From NCBI GenBank assembly GCA_002633005.1, contig NMRA01000533.1, positions 62,001 to 126,000 on the forward strand: DNA of 64,000 nt, written 5' to 3'. The notes beneath the pieces are model-generated. The model worked only from the letters and a program-made list of their open reading frames with translations. It searched no databases and had not been told where the DNA came from. Both the position numbers and the translations under genes were made by a program. This stretch comes from Phoronis australis. Taxonomy: Eukaryota; Animalia; Phoronida. Shown here in pieces: positions 55,079-64,000 of this stretch; the first letter of the stretch is position 1, and every line of letters begins with the position of its first letter.

Positions 55079-58000
55079 AGCAGCACATTTATTCCTTTAC
55101 TCTAACGATGTCTTATGGATGAAAACTCAAAGTTCGATTTGATTACGTCAAGACAGAAGTTCGTCAGCACCGAAATAAATGGGAGGTTATGGCCCCCCAT
55201 TCCCCTATGGCGTGCTGCCTATGCACGATTATTTTTCAACAGGCATAAAATGCATTGAACGTCTTTAAGGACAACCCCATACCTGAAACTGATTAATTAC
55301 AATACAGAGACAAATCCAGCGACAGTGAATATGATTCTTGATGAACTGCCTATCGTTCAACTGAGAATTACACTGATTTTATCGCGAACAACTCTTCAAG
55401 TAATGTTCGAGACTTTTCAAGAAAAGTATTCAAGTTTCTTACTTGGATGTGCATTTCTTTTTCGTTTGCTTTTAATTTCATCAAAATCTGCGATGCCATT
55501 GATGAATAGTCTACTTATTCCTATGAGAAGTGCCCAATGAGTTGACCTTGCACCCTTCTAAAAAGGTTGAAATTGCTTCGAAATAAATCGTTTTTGATTG
55601 AAAATCCAATTTGGTGTAGGTATGATCATGTGACACTTATTCAGGCACTTTAGCCTCATAGCTTCATATCTTTATTGTCGTGCCTGTCACGGGTTAGGTA
55701 TGCGCGACATCTGTTGCTTAGAGGTAATAAAGAACAAAAAAGGGGAACAAGCAAAGTGATAGAATCAACATTTTGTCTTATTCAGTGCGCGACATTATTA
55801 CTATTTTGTTTCCACACTCGATTAGTTGAACTCTACAAGCACAATCAGTTCACCCAACGTCTTTTAAAACATCGGTGTGGAGGACAGGGCCACGCCCTAA
55901 CCTATTTGATGTCAGATATCACATGACATCCGATTTGACCTACCATGTGACACAGAAATGGGACCTTGTGGAACAATGATGAACGAAACACAGAATTCCG
56001 TGCGTGGGCATGAATGCGTATGCCAGGCCAGAAATTTATATATCACATAGCCACCACTTACTCACGCCTTTAATGCATTGTAATTGTTTGTGCTTAATCA
56101 CAGGATCGGAATTTTTTTTTCTTCGATCACTGCCCATTTTAATGATTTGCAATTATTCAAGTCAAATGAGGTCGCCATGCTAGTTACAGTAAATTGAAAA
56201 GGTTTTTCAAATATCAAGCAATGGGAATGACAGAATGTTATGACGTCGGTTTCATTATTTTAACCAGTGAGAAACCATTAACATTACACGTAGCACTGAG
56301 AACGAGTGTAGATTCGACATTGCTATCTTTCCCGACGACTTCCGGATACATCCATGACCTTGATCTTCTGTCGAGGTCGCACTCCCATCGGTCCAACTAA
56401 ACCTATTGCATAATGATTTGTGTTGTCTTTTTCACTTCCTTCGGGTAACCGGACGACGCCTCTTCCAGTTCCACACTTGACCTTTCATCCTTCACCTTTC
56501 ACCTGTGACCTTTGAACTAAGCGCCTCCCAAACGGGGCGCCTAAACAAATTACAATACCACTAACGCCCGGTTTCACACAGATCTGTGACTTTGTTGCAT
56601 TAGCACGATAAAGTATCTTTCCGGTCCTCATTTTGTGTATATACAATTATTTTCAATTACGTGTGGGCTGGGAGCGTACAGAGATTATGACCGGGGCCAG
56701 ATTGTGCTTGAGCACATGTTTCAAGTCGACAAACGACGGGGTTGTTTTCACTTGAACTGTGAGTACATTTGAAATGGAAACGTGTATTCAGAGCGAGTAA
56801 GTTGCTTAAGGAATCAAATATCACCCAGAGTAAAAGTGAGGACATGGTCTGGTCTTCAACAAAGTTGGATATACCGAAACAAAATGAAAGTTTTCAGCCG
56901 AATTCACATAAGTGTACATATAATAGAAATATGTAAAATATTTCACACCCTGTTTTGCAAATCTACAAATGTAGATGAATTCTAAAATAAGCTGGAAAAG
57001 AACAAACTATCACCAAGAAGTACAAAGTAAGGTAACTGAACACACCTGCAGATGTCTCAAGTTATAATTTAGTGTAAAACAAAAAATGTGCCGAAAATTA
57101 CATTTTAGATTTAGTTGATAATCTCGCCCTCACAAACTTTATACTTGGAAATGCAACACAGAGCTCGCATGATCACGCATTGGCTTGATGTTGTTGAACA
57201 ATGCACCTGATGGCGTACGATAGTCAAACGCTTCCTTCGGTTAGATGTTCTTCTATTAAAGGGTTCATTGTCAACGTGAACATCGGGAAGAATTTTTCCA
57301 ACCCCTTCTGTGGGCTATTTTTGCCAAATTATTTAGGAAGCTCTAACTAAAAAAATTAAGGCAATATTTTTTACAAATGAACATTTGGACACGTATCACC
57401 AGGATATATGAACGCATATTATTTTCAAAATCGGTGATCCTAAAGTCGAACTTATTGGTGCTCTAGTGGAATGACAGTAAGTTGCTAATGTATGACGTCC
57501 TTGGCTTGAAAAAACAAGGAAACTAAATGATTAGCCGTAATTGAAACCCAGGCTCCTATAAGGATATGAAAAAAAAAACAGTTTTCGAATTAAGAAGATT
57601 CGAAACATAATTTCAGAGTGCAAATTTGCTAAGGGAATGTGTAGGTATGAGTTTAGTAAATGGCATTATTTTTTTCATGTTTTCAATTGCAGTGAAAGTG
57701 TTTTCAATTGATACTGAATTATTATATTGTGATACGAAATCTAAAAATCAAATAAGTTACATATTGCGGATAATTTCAAATACGCTACATGAAAGTTTTT
57801 GGATATTCGAATTTTTTCCCAACTATTCTGGATATTTTACGCAATGGTGGTCAGGTTTTTTGACTTCTTTCACAAAAGTGAATATTGCTTAGCATTCTGA
57901 TTTATTTCTGGTTGAGTACAATTTTTGTTGAGTTCCAAAGCATGTGAAACCACTCAGTGAGCGTATTTTTTATTCTCTCGTCACTTAAAATAAAGCTTAT

Positions 58001-58081
58001 TACACATGCGTCTTAATTTTGGTCGTTCTTCCTGATTTATCTTAAAAAAATACACTACATGCTTATTTTTGGATAATTTAG

Positions 58082-58255
58082 GGAAAACATGCGGAAAGCC
58101 AGTCATTAACCTCAATACCGCTGTTGAAGTTACCTCGGAACTTTATGGAGGAACAGCCCAATACTCTTGTGAAACAAGATATCTGCAGACAGGCGGTAAC
58201 CTAACACGTACCTGCAACGCTGAAGGAAACTGGACAGGAGTACCACTTGAATGTA
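58082..58255 (+). CDS. Sushi/CCP exon, subtype 2 copy 2 (KTCGKPVINLNTAVEVTSELYGGTAQYSCETRYLQTGGNLTRTCNAEGNWTGVPLEC)
   Basis: 174 nt, TTTAG acceptor, GTAAGT donor, phase 1-1, open frame. Confidence 0.9.
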
Positions 58256-61074
58256 GTAAGTCAATAATCTCTAAGAAATGATATTTAATGTATCATTGCT
58301 ATTGCTAGACTTTGATAAACACGAGTAGTTCCGACAAATTTGGCACATGTAACTACTGCACACCACCCAAAACAGATCGACGAAGTTAAATGCAACGTTA
58401 GTGAGGAAACTTTGGATAGCTTGTGCGGCCATGTTCCAAGTTCAGGACTCCACAAGGGTGGGAAAGAGGAGCAACCAGTTCAGGAAATTAACTGCGGTGT
58501 TCCTGGTAACCGAAGCGAAATTCCGTCTTAAGTTAGGGCATGCATTACATCGAGTGTATGCCCTTCACGGTTCTGTTAGCCTATTCCTTGATGTCAGTAC
58601 TTTCATAGCGTTTTAACGTAGACTCCATATTTTCATGTACATCACATATTATTAGGTTATTTTGTATCTGAGAATAGCTCAACTCTGTGTTTAAATCATG
58701 TGAGCAAATTGATTTGGTTGGGTCAGTTACTTCTTAAAATTAGGAAACGTGCGATATCCAATGAAATAATTTCAACTTTACTGAAAACGTCTTAGGCACA
58801 AACATACATGTACATGGACATTGCCCTTTTGAGGCATAGTAGAAAGCGTTATAAATGTACATACAAATTTTCACGAAACTTAGAACAAAAAGTGTCTTTC
58901 AGTTGACCCAATTTCTATTTTTTATCAAACAGTTACCAATAGGGAGGGGAAAGGTATGTAAAGTTGCAATAAATGTCACCAATCAATCACATATCATACA
59001 CTCGATCGTTAGAACGCTGTATCGTCTGCTGACAATATCAGCGGTTTTTAATGTGTAAAAAGGCGGATCTACGGCTGCTTTCAGGGGGTCTAAGCCCATC
59101 CCATTGGAGCAGGATCAAAAATTCAAAAATCGTCACCTGCAAAACAAAATGGTACCGCTAGCATGTTCAAACCCTAAGAAAACCAACTCAAAAATTAGGG
59201 GGATAACCCTGAAAACACAATTTCTTTGCATTGTGATTGGCCGTTATCGCGAAAAGCAACGCATTTCGAGTTTTTGTGGCTAATAGGGAATTCTCACAGA
59301 ATTTCATTGTTTGCACCCTTCCGTCGACACTTCTAACATGTAAGTAGCCAAGAACTTAAGACGTTTCCCCCGGGAAAAAGCTGGTCTGAAGCTGATTTTT
59401 TTATAACTACCGTATTTACTCTAAGATACATTTTGATTCAATTAGGGAAAATAATATAGTACAACAACCCGCGCCGTGCAACGTTTTTAAATCATCTGTC
59501 TTGTCATGCCATGCTACTACACACAACACGTTTGTAACTTAATTTTTTCAGGCGTATAATCAAGTTGTCTAGTGCAATAATCATACAGTGAACACGTAAA
59601 TTGTTTTATTTAAAACACTCCTTTCCCAAAGGACCTCCGTTGTTGCGGGCGCTGTGGTTTTGTCGCGAGCCAGTTTCGGGATGAACCCTAGCAAATTAAG
59701 TCTATATAAGGAATGAATCCGGAAGAGGCATTCCATTGACAAGGTGTCTGTACTTTCTCAACAGGGTTTGCCGGACTCGCACAGTATTCAATAGGCTTCT
59801 TATGGAGGCCTAGTTCCGACCTCTGCACTGACCGTCTTCCTACAAACAATAAGCACTACTGCCGTCTTCTTTATAGGGAGTTACGGCAGAAAGTTACACT
59901 TGATGAAACATCCTTGACAATGGGTGTTATTTGACTACATTACATTTTAACAGCCAGTATGACCGGTGCTGATTTTATGCCAAGTAAGCGCTCCGCTCAC
60001 ACGTCCTGGTACTATTCACCCGGTAATTCCTTACTCCAAGGGGGTACTTTGCACCGGCTTAAAGAAATAGCGATAAAGATAACAGATTTGCTGATGTAGA
60101 TTTTTTTTAATGTAATTTATTACCTAAACGAATACTGTTGCTGTACTTTGATATACCCTCTCTATCGATGAGTCATTGCTTACCTCAGCAGCCGAATGTT
60201 GGCTTCAGGATATGCGACGTACTTCACAAACTAATAATTATGCATTAAATAACATTCTGATATGCAACGAACATGTAAAATTTGAGCAATAAATAATAAA
60301 CTATGTATGAAAAGAAATAATTAAAATCAAAACAGCCAAACAAAGCAACACGCTGAAGTTGATGTCATTAAGTTTCCAAGGACAGCATGACTGTCTTTTA
60401 GGAATCATTCCAGATCTGATGTCCAGAAACTCAAGTCACTGAAGTAGACGAGAATAGTCGATGATACTCTGATCCCGGCTGCGGCACAAAACTTGTGCTC
60501 AAAAGGGCTTTTAGGTTGATAACAGAAAGGACTTGAACATGATGCCATGTGGCATATTACTTTTGAACTAGGTTTTCCCTTGAGATACGGATTTTAAATA
60601 CGCACAATCTACTGTTTACCGAGAAAAAAATTAGCAGAACCATTTTGGAAATGCACAATAGCCAGGAAATCTGGGTCAAATGTTACGTTGCTTTCACTCA
60701 AATCGAAACACCGGTCAGGCACAGAGCGATTGCGCATTTACACCGACTCCATTCATTCACCTAGTCGCCATAATGTTGCGTCAGGGACGAGTATATATGA
60801 TAGAAAAGTCCCGTGAATAACAAAAAATGGTACGTAGATTTAATCCTGAGACAGATGTGTGTTTGTGTGCCCGCATACGCCCATTCAGAACCAAAGGCAT
60901 GAGTCACCTCACGTCTCTGTGACTTTTTTTCACAAACACAGCTAGTTGGGAAGTTATAACCAAAACAGCAGTACCGGAGGCCTGGTGTCATTTGCGGCGC
61001 AACACACGTGTGCAGGCTTCATGGTTGGGCCCATTGAGCAGAGCATCTGATTTAAAGCACGTGACTTTCGTTAT

Positions 61075-61935
61075 GGTTCTTGGTGAAGGAAGTTTTCAAG
61101 CCCGCCAGTCTCCTTTAAGACAGACACTTAAATTTGTTGCCATTCACTATATGTTGTTGGCATGTAACAGTGTCATCCAGTAGGTTGCTCCTTAGCATAT
61201 ACATGTAAAAAGCTGGGCAATACTCTATCAAGTGTTTAGGCGATTCTAAGTCAGTACTACACTCAGGACACACTGAGTTCCCCATATCCCCGGTAATGCG
61301 TCTGTGTTGGGCTAGGTTACAGTGGCCCATCAACATTTGAATGAAGTACATGTACATGTACGTTGCTTATGTAAAATCTACCTGCAATCAGAAGGTTTTT
61401 TTTAAATTTTTGGTTTGATCACGTAGGGAAAATTCTTCTTGGCCGTCTCCCTGCAGCAATGATGTGATGTCAACTGGGCTGCTGACTGGGTTTGTACCCA
61501 GTTGCGTATACTTATCCTGCACCTTCAGTAAGATACCGGGATAGCAGGTTCAGGCACAAAATGTAGAACGCTTGCTCTTTTCTTTGCTAGTCTGACTGAT
61601 TTCTCATTGGCATCATTACTCACATGAGCCCTGCCTCGGTGATTGTTGAAGGTTCTTTCAATTGCAAGCTTGTTAGAGTCATTAATAAAGCATTAACGCA
61701 AATAGAGTTGACCCTTGGTTTTTTGCTGCCTGTCTATCTGAAAATTGGTTATTGGCTGAATACCCTGCTCGGTATAATATTGTTGTGCCAGTAGAGCAGC
61801 TTTATTAATTGCAGCGATCTCAGCCTGGAACACCGTGGCAAGATTGCCTAGCTATGCAAAGCTTTCTTTATCTGCAACAGAAATTCTTGCAACGTAGACT
61901 CCAGCACCCGTCTGGCAATTTCCCGTCCGCATAAT
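61075..61935 (-). mobile_element. Duplicate of the RNase H non-LTR relic
   Basis: LMGHCNLAQH..VCPECSTDLESPKHLIEYCP. Colinear with 52780-53551 and retains ~75 bp (~61420-61510) that is missing from the first copy. Confidence 0.8.
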
Positions 61936-64000
61936 AAACCGCCTCTGTCATTCTGCGAAATAAATACTCACTCAAATTCCTTAATTGGGATTATTTGAAA
62001 TTGCGATGTTTAGATCTCATGCACACAACTTGCTTTAATTACCAATTCGATTTTTGAGCCTACATGTATTTTGTACTTGGCTTTCATATCAATTCCCTAG
62101 CGCTTTTCTAACAATGAATTGTTAACCTGCTTTGAGGTGGACCAAAATGCACCAGATGTCCCACTTCGTACAGTGTGTGCTGACTGATAGAGTTTTAGTT
62201 AGAGTGTATGCATTAGAGATCGACTTGGACTACATGTAAATTAAATGGTTTTGTGATAATTAATGAATTGTTGAAGTAATGAACGTACCTAAGCGAGGTA
62301 TAGGTTATCTCGACCAAATACAAGGTTTCACCAAATAATTATTCGAAGTCATTGAGATATTCACGTCTTGCCACATATTTGACTATTTCTCAGCTTCGGT
62401 AAATCGTTTTAATTTGAAATTGGGAACTCAAGTTCTCGAAAACGGGATAGTGGATATGGTTCAAACTTTCCAAATTTGAATATTTATTCATGAGTCCCAA
62501 AAAATACAAAGGCCCAGGTTCTGTGTAATGTAACAAAGACGAAATCTTGTATTTTTTATCTAAATTCCTTATGTTTTGCGAACTCATTTGCCATAAAAAT
62601 CAAATGAAAATAATAAACAAAAGTTCCTGACAAGTTTTTTGGTTATGAAGTTTTCATTTAAAAAGTTTTATTAAAATCGACCAAGCTGTTATTTAACTAT
62701 GAGTGTACCTTTCATAAATGAATATTTTTATTCTAAAAAGTAATAAACGTAATAATAATAACGACCCATAAACATGAAGCATATTTGATGTTTCCTGATT
62801 TTTTCTTTCATAAATTAAATACTTTTACGAGTTGACAAAACTTCGTTTTTTGAATTTTTTGTTATAATGCAGGCGTCTTAGTAAGGCTTGAGGTATCCAT
62901 TCGGTAAATACTGTTCTAAGTTTAGGCGGATCCAGGGGTTCAAGGGGTCCAGTCCCGTTTCCCTTGATTTTAATGATATCAAATCTATAATTTTCAAATT
63001 GTTGACTCAGACCCTCCTTTTGAAACTCCTTGATTCGACCTCCCCCTTAAAAACTATTGGTACCCCCTGTTACGTTTGATCTTGTGTCGTCCTCAAGCTG
63101 AGTATTGAAAGTAGTCCGTTCTCGCTCAAAAACTGAGTCGTAAACGCGCACGGCAGAATCATTCATTTGCACCTGTATCGTACAAATCTATTATATCTAA
63201 TAGTATTAAACTTCTGTCTAATCAATCATAAGGTTAAACCTGGTTTAAGATCTTAATCCAAGTCTACGTGTAAGTAGTATTTACACCGTTGGTGAAATGA
63301 CCACGTCTAAATTGAAGTTAACCCAGATTTCACTAGACCACTGGTCTAAAAGTTAAACCATGTTTATGAAATGCATATTTTCTTTAAACCTGTTCTATGT
63401 CCAGTTTAAACCAAGTTTAACTTTAAACCAAGTTTATGGAATCAGCTGTAAATTTATTCATTTACTCTAACAATGTCTCATGGAACAAAACTCAAAGTTC
63501 GGTTTGATTACATCAAGACCGAAGTTCGTCAGCACCGAAATAAATGGGGGGTTGTAGCCCCCATTCCCCTATGGCGTGCTGCATATGCACGATATTTTTT
63601 TCAAAAGGCATTAAATGCATTGGACGTCTTTAAGGACAACCCCATACCTGAAACTGATTGATTACAATACAGAGGCAAATCCAGCGACAGTGGATATGAT
63701 TCTTGATGAAATGTGTATCGTTCAACTGAGAATTACACTGATTTTATCGCGAACAACTTTTCAAGAAATGTTCGAAACTTTTCAAGAAAATTATTAAAGT
63801 TTCTTTTGTGGATGTGCATTTCTTTTGCTTTGATTTTCATCAAAATCTGCGATGTCGTTGATGAATAATCTACTTATACGTATGGGAAGTGCCCAATCAA
63901 TTGACCTTGCACCCTTCTAAAAAGGTTGAAATTTCTTCAAAATAAATTGTTTTTGATTGAAAATCCATTTTCGTGAAGGTGTGATCATGTGACACGTATT

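Larger units (their letters stand above)
48904..64000 (+). repeat. ~8.34 kb tandem segmental duplication, each unit carrying one Sushi exon (second copy truncated by the window end)
   Basis: 48904 AGATGTTCTTCTAATAAAGGG aligns with 57243 AGATGTTCTTCTATTAAAGGG. Colinear homology runs to the end of the window (~55640 vs 64000), with many substitutions and indels. Confidence 0.95.

Noticed and set aside
21660-58255. Assigning a symbol such as SVEP1, CSMD, CR1 or selectin
   Set aside because: No vWA, pentraxin, CUB or lectin exons were seen. The repeats are recent lineage-specific duplicates, so orthology is unsupported.

Overview
AT-rich eukaryotic genomic DNA with spliceosomal GT-AG introns, abundant TACATGTA and many transposon relics. 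It looks like a marine invertebrate, possibly lophotrochozoan (inference only). The window is dominated by the 5' part of one + strand multi-exon gene for a secreted or cell-surface protein: a putative signal-peptide exon (10846), one EGF-like exon (14207-14329), then an array of 12 one-domain-per-exon Sushi/CCP cassettes, all phase 1-1. These comprise one divergent copy (21660), one in-frame-deleted mini copy (27023), seven near-identical copies (28950-44053) duplicated together with their ~2-3 kb introns in a higher-order pattern, one dead pseudo-exon (46716), and two copies of a second subtype on a ~8.34 kb tandem duplication (49740, 58082). No transmembrane or terminal exon is visible, so the gene probably continues past the window. 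Assembly gaps inside the array mean the copy number is probably underestimated. Flanks and introns hold relics of an AcademX-like XPG-nuclease transposon, a DDE integrase-core transposon, a Penelope-like RT, an RNase H-bearing non-LTR element, HINE-like elements, an LTR-like element packed with heat-shock elements, and palindromic repeat arrays. Nearly all ORFs in the supplied track are spurious or repeat-derived.
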